Positions 51,638 to 64,000 of a stretch of 64,000 nt of DNA are shown here, one piece after another. The translations under genes and the position numbers were made by a program. This DNA comes from Octopus vulgaris (taxonomy: Eukaryota), in the NCBI GenBank assembly GCA_951406725.2, contig OX597817.1, forward strand, positions 48,236,001-48,300,000. Direction: 5' to 3'. The notes under the pieces are model-generated. The model searched no databases. It saw nothing but the letters and a program-made list of their open reading frames with translations, and was not told the origin of the DNA. The stretch's first letter is position 1. The number at the start of each line of letters is the position of its first letter.

Positions 51638-53746
51638 TATGCATTTGTATATATTTATGTTTTACCCATAATTGTCTGAATATGTATGTAGCCATATGCC
51701 AATGCCTGTATAATTCTTGGCTCTCCGTCGGTTACGGCGACGAGGGTTCCAGTTGATCCGATTAAAGGAACAGCCTGGTTGTGAAATTAACGTGCAAGTG
51801 GTTGAGCACTCCACAGACACGTGTACCTTTAACGTAGTTCTCGGGGAGATTCAGCGTGACACAATGTGTGACAAGGCTGGCCCTTTGAAATACAGGTACA
51901 ACAGAAACGGGAAGAAAGAGTGAATGGTATTGTGAAAGAGTACAGTAGGGTTCGCCACCACCCGCTGCCGGAGCCTCGTGGTGCTTCAGGTGTTTTCACT
52001 CAATAAATACTCACAACGCCCGGTCTGGGAATCGAACCCGTAAGTTTGCCACCCTAATCACTGGGCCATTGCGCCTCCACGATGAATGTAAATAACAGAA
52101 AGAGATTGCTGTTTTCTGATGGTGCATTGTTTGAGGATAATAGAATGGACATTGTCCACTCGAAGCGACCAGATTTAACTAGTGTATGTTGTGAGATACT
52201 TCATACACGCGAAGCAAAGAAGGTGATTTCCTCTGCGGGTATACTGCTTCATGAACAATCGTCATTGTAAAGTTGCATGAAGAAAGATTCTATAAAGTTT
52301 GTAGAAATAATTTTAGTAAGTGACCAACGGGGTCACTTTAAGTCTAAGACTCACTAAGGCTTTCAACCGGTGCGAGGTACGGAATTACCCGTTGCAGTTC
52401 CAAAGATGGTTTTACAGGAGTTGCAGTACCGGGTCCAGCGTGTAGTTCTTGCGATATTTCTCCAGGTGTTGGGTTCAGTGTTCTTTACATGAATTGTTGC
52501 AGGGCATCTATTATGGAACTACTTGTAGGATTGAGGTCATGTTTGCGTGTGGATTGCTTTCAATCTCATGCCTAGCTATTTCTCATAACTCACAAGTAAC
52601 ATACATTTATTGCCAGGGATAACTGGTATGAAAACAGACGGAGCTATAATCAATTAGCTGACATGAGATGTTATTGGTTGCAGAAGGTGGGTGTGGTGTA
52701 GATCTAAGTCATAGCTGAGCATGTTCGGACTAGTTACGCTAAAGCAATCGTTGGATGACCCTCCAAGTGCATAGATGTGAAGTGAGATAAACACTTTCGA
52801 AGCAGGAAGAAATACAGTCGAAAATTGGTAGCTTAAGTTCACAGAGTGCTTGAGGTAACATATACCTTGTAGGAGGGCGAAGAAAGAAAGTCTGAGTCAG
52901 TTAAGTGGAAGTCCTTGTTGCCGATGTCCAAGGGAATATGTGAGTGTAAATGAATGAAATCAGTATAGTTACAGGCAACTTTAGGCAGCTAGCTGGCAGA
53001 ATTGTTAGCATGCCGGGCAAAATGCTCAGCGACATTTCGTCTGTCTTTATGATCTGAGTTCAAATTCCGCCGAGGTTGACTGCCTGTTATCCTTTCGGAG
53101 TCGATAAATTGAGTACCAGTTGAGCAGTGGGATCGATGTAATCGACTTACCCCTTCCACCGGAGTTTGCTGACTTGTGCCAAAATTTGAAATCACTATAG
53201 TTTCGGGCAGCACTTTCTGGAGTGAGCTTTGAGTAAAGAGTCTAATCTGGACCTCGAAACTAATCTATTGATAAAGACGAAAATATTCGCGCCTTGAGAA
53301 GATCAGAATGTATGATATGCTAGCCTGTTAAGAAGTGATGTACAACGTTGAGGTTGGATCGGAATACAGGGATGTTAGAGAAGCGGAGGAGGTAATTGTC
53401 TAGAGTATTTAGCGTTAGTTTTTGACATCTTGGGAAGTATAGACGGGAAGTTATGACAATCTCCAGTCACGAACCTGTTCCATACGCTTGCAACAGCGAA
53501 CTACACTAAAGTCTACTAAATGGAAGAGACCACGTCTAACACCCCAAAGAATTTGGAATTTTAATCGCAGAATAAAGAAATAAATATATACTGTGATCGT
53601 TATTTTTAGTCGAATGTAATGCATTCAAATTACTCTACAAATATTCTTGGTAAAGCCTGAAAGGCCCGCAGTTCCACCGATATGTATTCGTGGCCTTGAG
53701 GTGGGAAAAATTTGCTGCGTAAGTAGGGAATGGAAACGTGGAAAGT

Positions 53747-54083
53747 AATTGCAGCGTGGAAGGTGTTTATAAGCCATTAAAAAAACACACACAAACCGTT
53801 AGATTCACTTCAACATTTATATTTATTTTGCCAAAATATCTTCATCGCTTTGAGACCGCGACCTGATCACTGACAAAATTCCATGCTGTACGGAATTTTG
53901 TCAGTGATCAGGTTGCGGTCTCAAAGCGACGAAAATATTTTGGCAAAATAAATTTAAATGTTGAAGTGTATCTTACTGTTTTTGTGTTTCCTAAATGACT
54001 TATAAACACCTTCCACGCTACAATTGTTTTCATTGTAGCACACGATCTTAGATCAGGTCACTTGCTATGCAAGTACATCTCCG
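53747..54083. mobile_element. Fold-back hammerhead-bearing element (mirror of 21665-22001)
   Basis: Palindrome centred at ~53887. Confidence 0.65.
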
Positions 54084-54207
54084 TGATTTGGAAAGTGTTT
54101 TCTCTTATTAAAACGTCCTTGTGAAGCATGACATTGCATTCTACATTCACTCTCACATTCACAAAAACTTGTTACCGAAAAAAAAAAACTCGTCAAACGC
54201 CTGCTCG

Positions 54208-54262
<55 letters not shown>

Positions 54263-54306
54263 TATTTATTTCTTTATTTCTGTATTTAATTATATTTTCT
54301 TTCTTC

Positions 54307-54350
<44 letters not shown>

Positions 54351-54426
54351 TTTAATTTTTTCTTTCTGTCTTCCTTTCTTTTTTCTTTGTTTCTTTCTTC
54401 CTTTCGATCTTTCTTACTTTCTTTTC

Positions 54427-54466
<40 letters not shown>

Positions 54467-54586
54467 TACAATAAAGCTTGTCCGTCTACATAGACGATGT
54501 GAGAGAATGGTGGGCAGAATTTTTTTAAAAGTTATACATAACCTCCCCATTAATAGTCATTGTGGTTCGTTCTATGTTACAAAGTG

Positions 54587-54620
54587 TATAAAAGCAATAA
54601 AGAAATCAAGCAATTTCAGT
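54587..54620 (+). promoter_or_regulatory. TATA box + Inr core promoter, right gene
   Basis: TATAAAA at 54587 and TCAGT at 54616 (A at 54618, 31 nt after the first T). Confidence 0.72.
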
Positions 54621-54702
54621 CGCAGCCTAAACTTCAGACTTTATGCATAACACTTTAATCAATATATATATATACATTTATATTGACAAATAGTTCATCG
54701 AA

Positions 54703-55261
54703 ATGGGCTTTCAAGGTTTTTACCTGAAACGCCAACACACATTTTGGCTGTCATTAATTTTGCTCCATGTCTTATTTATTATTCCATCATATTCTCAGGA
54801 AAGCTGTCCAAACGGTGAATATAAGTGCCATGAAACAAACGATTTCCAATACTATCAGTGTGCATTTGGTAAAAAAGTATTGATCAATTGTCCTCAAAAT
54901 ATAATTTTCAATCCAAAAACGAAGAGCTGTGACTGGCCAGTCTCTGGCGTTGACTTTTGCAAATCAGATAGAGATCAGTCAAAAACCACCCGTGTTACCA
55001 CTCACAGTGTTCCTACTTCTAAACCATTACATTCTCTGAAAAGCTGTAGAAAAAGCAATGAATATAAGTGCCATGAAACAAACAATTCCCTATTCTATAT
55101 TTGTACGGGATTTGAAACAGGCGTATTAAAAACTTGTCCTGAAGGAACAGATTTCAATCCAGTAGCTAGCATCTGTGTCTGTTCAAATCTTCCAAAAACT
55201 GTCAAGTGCCACAACTAGGATGATCAGCCAAAAACCACTACTTCTAAACCCCAACTCACTG
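54703..55261 (+). CDS. Exon 1 of right CBM14-deacetylase copy; in-frame TAG at 55216-55218 gives a 171-aa secreted two-CBM14 protein
   Basis: ORF 54703-55218; donor ACTG|GTAAGT at 55261/55262 is conserved and in phase; CAG in the left copy is TAG here. Confidence 0.8.
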
Positions 55262-55984
55262 GTAAGTAATATATTTTCAAGAATTTTATGTACCAAATCT
55301 CTTCTTTCAGTGATGTTTTTATCTCTTGCCACAGTAGTAACTCAATAAGAAATAAGTGATCTCTGATTGTCGAACTAGAGTTATATATAATCCAGTTTAC
55401 AACACTCTGAATTTGGTATTTATTCAAAACTGCTGTTCTTTCTCTTTTCTTTTAAGCTTAAAATATTTCCTATTCTAAGCAGTCATTTATCGATTTTATG
55501 TTGCTTCTTACGAACGACCATTTCTTAAAATATTAAACGGCGTAAAACATGAGTTTATATCCGAAATTGTAATTCACCACTTGTTAACGATCTTGTGTAC
55601 AAGTTTGATAGATTATTTTAGATAAGAGGTATTGTATATAGTATAGGATATAGTCATTTTAACTACTATATTTCATCCTGAAAAGGTGACTTTGGACTCA
55701 ATTCTCGGACTGTGTTGCGGGTTGGGTTTTTGAATAGGGTATTTTATCTCCTGTCGCTCCAGTAAACTCTGATAATCAGGATCAACATAGTTTTGAGTCA
55801 TAAAATAATGAGAGTAATTGGCGATAAAATGAGTAATACTGTCACAAATGGAAGTGACGAGGGCGGAAACCCAAAATGAAAGTATATTCTGTAATATTCT
55901 GCATAGATAACAACAAAAAAAACGCCACCGAAGCAATTACAGAACAGATTTAAACTAGAAAATAAATTAAACTTGAAAACAATG

Positions 55985-56930
55985 TTTGCAAGAAATTTTT
56001 CTTTATAAGCAAAACATGTCATATGAAATCAGATTCGTGAATGACAGTTCATGGTTTCCGAATATACTTCTCCAAAAACACCCCTGCAGATACGATGTAT
56101 ATAAAGCACTGCCCATTCTGCATTGTCGCCTTGGCTGTTTTTGTTTATTGGCGAGCACCCATCTCACTTCGATTGTTTGAGCATGTATACTCTCATTGTT
56201 TTGATTTACGAATTTAAAAGTATGGCTTACAACTTCATGTGTATACATATTACCTAAACTAACATAGGACGCCCATCCATTGCATATCGTACGTTTCTCT
56301 ACCAATAACCACAAGGTTATAATCAACCAAAGTGTTTCCCGCCTACGATCGGCTTTCATAGACAGCCTTTGCCTGTACGTCTTTCTATTGAGTCAAATGC
56401 TCAATGACTCGCATCGTCCCACTTTCCTCAATGATATTTCTGATTCATGTATTTCGATTCATCTAAATCTACGATAAAGGGAAACCCTGAGTAATCTAAT
56501 CCACCGAGTTGCTGCGTAGTTACCATTTATTGCTCACAAACATTTCTCATAGTGTTACACCAATCAAAAACGGTATTATTGCTCGGTTCCTTTTTCGAAA
56601 TTCTTCTCAGTCTGAGGGCAGTCTGTTCCGTTGAGCAGAATTTATTTTGGTTAATTACTTTCATCTTGGTATTTCACTGACATCACTCGTAGTTTATTTG
56701 TTTAATTTCTCCAGCAATTAATCGTCATTCTTTTGGACGGAGCTGCCTGTTAACCAAAATGAGTACCTATAGCACCTGGAACTAAACTCTGCAAACGACT
56801 GGCATCTTGTTAGGCGGGGCAGTGTTGTGTTCTCAGTCTAAACTACTTGAAAATCTACGTAAACTGCGACCTCATAGACTTGTAGCCTCTCAGCAAATTA
56901 AATGAAAAGAGTAATCTCTAGCAATGGAGA
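55985..56930 (-). mobile_element. Merlin/ISXO2-like DDE transposase remnant in the intron
   Basis: ORF 56003-56359 RETLWLII..GWASYVSL..YTHEVVSHTFKFVN..IHAQTIEVRW..YLQGCFWR resembles the IS1595/Merlin C-terminal half. Confidence 0.65.
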
Positions 56931-57730
56931 TGTTTAAACATTCAAATAATGGGATAAAATAGAGAATTAAATTTTGTGTTTCACAAACATCAGCTCAAGT
57001 GGTCTGTGTAATATAAATTGTCTGATATGCTCTGAGTTCAAATTCTGCCGAGGTCTGCTTTGCCTTTCATCCTATCCGGTTTGATAAAATAAATACCATT
57101 ATATTACTGTGTAATATACATTGACTGATATAAATGCGTCAGATAGCTTAAGTTTAGTTAATAACCATTCAGCTAAAATGAAGTATAGTTAACGTTGATG
57201 GAAATCTCTCCACGATATTAGAAAAGAACTGCGTTCACTGATATTCCTCGATAAGCAAGCCATGGAGTCGCTTTAACAGCGGCGTTCACCGGGTGTATTT
57301 CTATGCATAACATACACGTTCAGATCTATGTATTTTCACGAAGAATTTCAGTGATCTTTGAAATGATTACTTTATAGTGTTATATAATTATTTATTTTTC
57401 TCCGATAGCAATAATCGTATAAATGGTTATGTTTACAAGATAACTGCATCATTCTGCTCTCTGTTGATGAACAACCTTCCAAAATCCCCACGACAAATGA
57501 ATTTTTTGCGCAGTTTTCTCTGATTCCACAGATTTCCCCTATTGTTTGTATAATTGCATTTTTACACCCGTATCAGTGGTTGGAACTCCTGTTTCTTTTT
57601 TTATTGTTGTAGATCAATAGCTCTAGGCCTCATTCCATATAAGAGTTAATTAGCAGATGTGTGTTCGTATCCATTAAAAAAAAAAAACTTTCATCTTTTG
57701 GTTTGATTTTATGGTTTTTTTACTTTGTAG

Positions 57731-58677
57731 GTCCCTGTCAACCAGAACATTGCAAGCTACCGAAATGTAAATGTCCTGAGCCGGAAATTCCAGGCTCCCT
57801 TCCAACAAATTCAACTCCGCAGATAATTCTATTGACTTTTGACGACGCAGTTCTCCGGCGTACTTTCGTTTATTACAGAAATTTGTTTAGCATGAACCTA
57901 ACCAATCCAAACGGCTGTCCTATTGGAGCAACGTTTTACGTGTCCCACAGCGAAACGACTGATGCTGCTCTCGTGAAAGAATTATATGACCTAAAGCATG
58001 AAATAGCTACTCACACCCAAACGCATAAATTCCCAATTTCATACTGGTATAGTGCTAGTTACATTGATTATTATCGTGAAATTGTTGGCATGAAAAACTG
58101 GCTTAGTGAAAAGGCCAGTATTCCAAAAGAAAATCTTGTAGGATATCGTTCACCGTTTCTTGCACTAGGGAATAAGATCCAGTACGAGACATTGAAAGGT
58201 AATGAATTTCTCTACGATACTTCGATGGTAACAGGTTCACTTTCTAATACTACAGAAATGCCAATATGGCCCTTTACACTTGATTACCCGGTTACATATG
58301 AATATTGTCAACTTAAAGGCTGTCCAAAGAACACATATCCAGGATTTTGGGAATTCCCTCTTAATCGTTGGTACAATGAAGCAGGAGATGATTCTTTTTC
58401 AATGGCTGATGAAAATAGAGTTCCTCAAAACTCAAAGGATGTCATAAGTTACTTGAAATACAACTTTAATCGCCATTACAAAAGAAATAAGGCACCTTTC
58501 GGCATATTTTTGCATATGCCATGGCTTATGAAGAATTTAGCTGCATTGCAGACATTTTTGAAAGAAGTTGCCCTCAATAACGATGTATGGATTGTGACTG
58601 TGTCTCAAGCTTTGCAATGGATTCAGAATCCAGTTCCATTGGACAAAATTTCTGAATTCAGTAATTGGAAATGTTAA
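57731..58677 (+). CDS. Exon 2, chitin deacetylase (CE4) domain, right copy; frame intact
   Basis: Acceptor tttgtag|GT; LTFDD, HEIATHTQTH, RSPF, WPFTLDY and GIFLH retained; AATAAA at 58698. Confidence 0.85.
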
Positions 58678-59519
58678 TTAAATAACTGAGAAGAAGAAAT
58701 AAACAAGATGATGGGTATTTTTCGATTGAAAATTTAAACTATTTAAAATGTCACTTATTGTTCTCAGAATTTTGCCATTCTTTGGGTGTTTTTTAATAGT
58801 TTGCTCTTCATCAATCTTTTACATATTTTCTTATTTCCCTTTATGAAATTTTATCGCTTAACTGAATAAATTACGTAGAAATACGTAGAAATGTATTACT
58901 ACCACTCTTAAGAAATCAATTGAAAATTTCTTAAGCTTTGCTAAGTAATCTTATTAAAATATGCCATTATAAAATTATGAATTGCTTAATTTTTATTACA
59001 AACTCGCATGAAATTTGAAAATATTTTATATCTTATATATATTAGATGAAATACGAATTAAGACTGAATTTCTAGTAGATTTATACAGTTCATTATGTAA
59101 ATATACTTCGCTTCAATAAAACGAGGTTTATAAATGATTTTGAATGTTTTCAGAATTGTCGATTTCTATGACAAAACGCTATAAATTGTTACATATCTGC
59201 AACAATTAACCCATTCGATGTACCTTTTTATTCAAGATGTACCTCAGATGTTCTCTATTTCCTAGCTCCGAGATAGCACGTCATTTGCTTTCTCTTCGGG
59301 CACGTGAAGGGAGTCTTTTGGAATATAGAGATCTTTGATTCAATTACACCGAGTAATATTCTTTTGTTTTTGGTCAGCGTTATTTCCCATTTGCTTCTAT
59401 CTAGAAATCAAAGGAAATGACTACTATTTCCTTCAAACTTTGCTTTCCTGACCTGAACATCAATGTTTTGAAACTGACCAATTTTCCATTACATTTCTAC
59501 TTGGTAGACGGAAAAGGAA

Positions 59520-59591
<72 letters not shown>

Positions 59592-61235
59592 GTAGTGGCT
59601 ATAGGATTGATCTCTGGTAAAAATATTAGGGTACATATTGTCTGTGTTTGTCCCCATCACTGCTTGACAACTGGTTTTGATGTGCTCATGTGCTTCGCGG
59701 CTCAGCAAAGAGACCGATAGAATAAGCACCAAGCTTTAAAAAGACAAGTGCTGGGGTTGATTTCGTTCGTCTAAAATTCTTGAAAGTGATGCCTCAGCTT
59801 GGCTGCAGTCTAATGATTGAAACAAGTAAAAGAAAAGATATTCTTGAATAGAAGTAAGAGAAATTGAAAGTTTAGTAATCTACGAAATGAAATATAAAAC
59901 AATGGAATCTGAGAGAACAAAACTTGTATGTAAACTGATTGAAATAATGAGGTTAATTTTATGCTGTGAGAGCAAGAAATAGATCGAATAAAAATAGTTA
60001 CTTTGAAAACTTAGCAAAATACTGTAAGCCATTTGGTAAAGTGCAGTATAGGTTATTCAATGTAGGGTATTTAGTGTATAATGTTGCCGCAACAACTACG
60101 AATAATTAATATAACGATTTCAAATTTTGGTACAAGTCCATCAAGCTCGGGGAAGGAGATAAGTCTATTACAATGACGGCAGTGTTCAACTGATACTTAT
60201 GTTATCGACCCCGGAAGGATGAAAGGTAAAGTCGACCTCAACGGAATTTGAACTCAAAATGTAAAGACGGATGAAATGTCGCTAAGCATTCTGTTGGGCG
60301 TGCCAACGATTCTGCCAGCTCGCCGCTTTACGAATAGTTATATAACAAGAAAATTTCTTTGACGCAGTCTACGTATAAATGTGAGGTGAATTCTAGATAT
60401 ATCTTAAATGGTGTGTTGATATGTTACAATCTCTCCATCTTACGACTGCTCTTCACGAACACAAAATAGTACCAGACGCTAAACATAAATATACTCAGTT
60501 CATAAAACCAGTACGAATTGTTTAATTTTACACTGTAGCATGAGAGTAAGAAGTACCATTCGAAGCTTTGGCATGTGGCACGAGAAGGAAAGAAACGACT
60601 ATCCACCGGCCGGCTCGATCGAGCTCGTGTGTGTGTTATGCTCCAAATGATTTGTTTCGACGTCAGAGCGAACGAGTGGAACGTGATGCGGGTAAGCGTT
60701 ACTAAGATACCAGAAGCTGACGATGACCGTTGCAGCACATCTGCGCGAGCAGATATTGAAGCCACTGGATTTTCAAGTGATATCTTCTTCTCTTCTACGT
60801 TTTTGAGTTATTCCTTTAACCCTGTTATGCCTGGTAAAAGGAATCTCTGAGCCTTTTTTTTATTATTATTTTCATAACTTTCGAAAGAAGATTTTTCTCT
60901 GAAACTAGGTTACTTTGCCTGAAATTTATCCTGCTAAAAGCTCATATCACTGATTTCGAAAAAAGTTTTCTTCGTTGCCCTAGAAACGGTAGGAGTTGAA
61001 CAGGTGGCATATCTCTCTTTTCTCTCTTTTACTTGTTTCAGTCATTTGACTGCGGCCATGGTGGAGCACCGCCTTTAGAGCAAATCGACCCCGAGACTTA
61101 TTCTTTGTAAGCCCAGTACTTACTCTATCGGTCTCTTTTTGCCGAACCGCTAAGTTACGGGGACGTAAACACACCAGCATCGGTTGTCAAGCAATGCTAG
61201 GGGGTACAAACACAGACACACAAACATATACACAC

Positions 61236-61292
<57 letters not shown>

Positions 61293-63617
61293 TATACGAC
61301 AGGCTTCTTTCAGTTTCCGTCAACCAAATCCATTCAAAAGGCAATTTTCGGCCCGAGGCTATAGTAGAAGACACTTTCCCAAGATGCCACGCAATGGGAC
61401 TGAACCCGGAACCATGTGGTTGGTAAGCAAGCTACTTACCACTTGATTTTTCTGTCTGGTTAATTATACAATAGAAACAATAGCAAAATTGCTGTTACAA
61501 AAAAAATATTTGTTTGCTACTGATGTATATTCTCGCCAAATTTCATATCATAGTATGAGTAGTTCCTGGAAACTTTCAACAAATAGAAAGGCAAAATGTT
61601 TTTTGTTTTAAATTGGGTAAATTTGATGACGTCATTTTAAAAATTATTAAATTTTTTTTTTCCTGTGCTGTACCTTTATCCCTGTAAAGTTTCATGGTCA
61701 TTGTCTTACTGGTTTTGGAAGACATTTTGAACGCTATAGGAGTCCTACATTTTAGCTCATCTGAGAACAACTGATGATGTCATCAGAAGAATGGCCGACG
61801 TCAACAAGATTTTTATAATGCAGAAATATTTACCTATCAATTGTCTATACACATGTTAACTTCCATTGTCATAAATTTAGTGGTTCAGGAATAAAGGAGG
61901 CGAGTGCCCTGAGATCCACGTCCAACAGGCTTATGGAGCCCCTAAAACACCAGGGTTTTATAGGGCTAGAATGTATCTTGCAAGCCTAGCTGTTTCATAC
62001 ATTTTTCTCAAGGCATTTCTGGTCAAAGGACTTTTGGCCCCAGCCCACTCTCCTTATTTGATGGACCAGCTGCAGAATAGCTGAGATTTGTAAAAGTAAA
62101 TTTATTGCCTCACACCACATTTCCATTTCACTGTCCATTAGACCAGCAGGTCACTTCCGATCGTTTCTAAAAGAACACTCACTATAAAGATTCCTTTTCA
62201 TAAACGCTTTCGAGATCACTTCTTCAAATGATTTGACACTGAATGATTTTTGGAAAACGCATTTTAATGTTCCTGATGCAGTGTTAAGGATTGTAGCAAC
62301 ATAAATGCAGCCTTGGCCTGTTGGAAACCTACAGTTACAAATCTGCACAAAAGGCGGCAGGGTTCTTGTCTTAACAATCACTAACATGCTTTCATGGACA
62401 GGAACTGTTTTCCGTAGAGAATATTCTGTCTGAGCAGCTCTTTCAAGGAGAACACTTCTCACCTAGATACACTGGAAAAGTGCTACAAAAAGTGCAATAA
62501 AAATTGTCTGTCGTTCCTCTGCTGGTTAGTTTACTGCGGCGAACGGTGGTTTAATTTAGCAGGAATGAACAAAGAACTGATACAAACAACGATAACATGT
62601 ATGCAAGGAATAAGGTTTCTCTTAACCTGGCCTATTGGAATGTGAGAAGCCTTTTAGATCAAGCAGATAGCCCTGAAAGGAGCACATAAATGTGAAACAA
62701 AATGGAAGATATAGAACTCGAATGCCAGAGGTAGAGGACCATGCTTTACTGAAAAGCAGCAGAAATATCACAAAACTGTTATTCTCTTTTACTCTTTTAC
62801 TTGTTTCAGTCATTTGACTGCGGCCATGCTGGAGCACTGCCTTTAATCGAGCAACTTGACCCCGAGACTTATTCTTTGTAAGCCCAGTACTTATTCTATC
62901 GGTCTCTTTTGCCGAACCGCTAAGTGACAGGGACATAAACACACCAGCATCAGTTGTCAAGCAATGCTAGGGGGACAAACACAGACACCCAAACATACAG
63001 GCACACACACACATATATGTATATCTATATATACGACGGGTTTCTTTCAGTTTCCGTCTACCAAATCCGCTCACAAGGAAATGGTCGGCCCAAGGCTATA
63101 GTAGAAGACACTTGCCCAATGTGCCACGCAGTGGGACCAAACCCGGAACCATGTGACTGGTAAGCAAGCTACCTACCACACAGCCACTCCTGCGTATATA
63201 TACATACATACATATACATACATATATACATGTTATATAAACATACATATATTTGCATACATACACACACACACACATTGTTGTGTCTGAGGAGTGTCAT
63301 TTCTTTTAAGTGCTTTGTTATTTAACACACTCGCAGGTAAAGCTCCCATTCATTTAGTCATTTCCTAAAATTTTCTCTGCATCATGCAACCTTTTCAATA
63401 GTCGTTGACTCTGTCCTTTATCTGAGCTACGTTCTTTTTGTTTGTTTGTGCGCAAGTGTGTGGGTCAGTGTGTGTGTGCATACCTAATCCAAAAACGAAA
63501 TATATATATATATATATATATAATTATTATTTGAGGGAATAAAATCCAAACTTACAAGGAAAAAAATTCAATTTAGAAATACCAAATCAAATTTCGCACA
63601 ATATAATATATATATAA

Positions 63618-63747
63618 AAAATTAGAAAAAACCCACCTTTTATCAATTCAAAATGAACAATTAAATTACACCATCTAGAAAATTACATATAATAGAAATA
63701 TTAAAATTAAAATAACAATAAAATGTCAATGATTAAGTAAATTGCAA

Positions 63748-63802
<55 letters not shown>

Positions 63803-63967
63803 TTAATAATATTAATAATAATAAAAATAATAATAAAATAATAAATAATTATTATTATGTTTTGCAATTTACTTACTCATTGACATTTTATTGCTATTTT
63901 AATTTTAATATTTCTATTGTATGTAATTTTCTAGATGGTGTAATTTAATTGTTCATTTTGAATTGAA
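63618..63967. repeat. AT-rich fold-back element around (AAT)n, LINE-free twin of 10110-11335
   Basis: Inverted arms visible directly. Confidence 0.8.
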
Positions 63968-64000
63968 AAAATGTGAGAAATACATCTAAATCAAATATCA

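Larger units (their letters stand above)
45131..63967. repeat. Right arm of giant inverted segmental duplication
   Basis: Reverse complement of 10110-27558 with scattered substitutions and indels. Confidence 0.95.

Noticed and set aside
45131-63967. Sequencing fold-back (chimeric read) artefact as the origin of the palindrome
   Set aside because: The arms differ by many substitutions, arm-specific insertions and distinct coding exons; a haplotype mis-join remains possible and is noted in the findings.

Overview
AT-rich, microsatellite- and SINE-dense animal DNA; the repeat families resemble those of octopus (inferred, not proven). The window is dominated by a giant inverted duplication with arms at about 10.1-27.6 kb and 45.1-64.0 kb. 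Each arm carries an outward-facing two-exon gene: exon 1 encodes a signal peptide plus two CBM14/peritrophin-A chitin-binding domains, exon 2 a CE4 chitin-deacetylase domain, with a TATA(-31)+TCAGT Inr promoter. A third tandem paralogue (CBM14 plus Ser/Thr repeats) starts at 477 and runs off the left edge. The left copy is intact (508 aa predicted) and is followed by an internally deleted spare exon 2. The right copy has a single in-frame TAG between the chitin-binding and catalytic parts. The 17.6-kb spacer holds a broken Helitron whose N-terminal 23-aa STPR-like repeat has expanded to about 172 x 69 bp with higher-order structure, ending exactly at the inversion breakpoint. Penelope-like retroelement remains are scattered throughout, including ~340-bp fold-back elements carrying back-to-back minimal hammerhead-like motifs with a G3:C8 core. 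Tc1, Merlin, CR1/L2, RTE and tRNA-derived SINE remnants are also present. All comparisons were made by eye; repeat boundaries are approximate.
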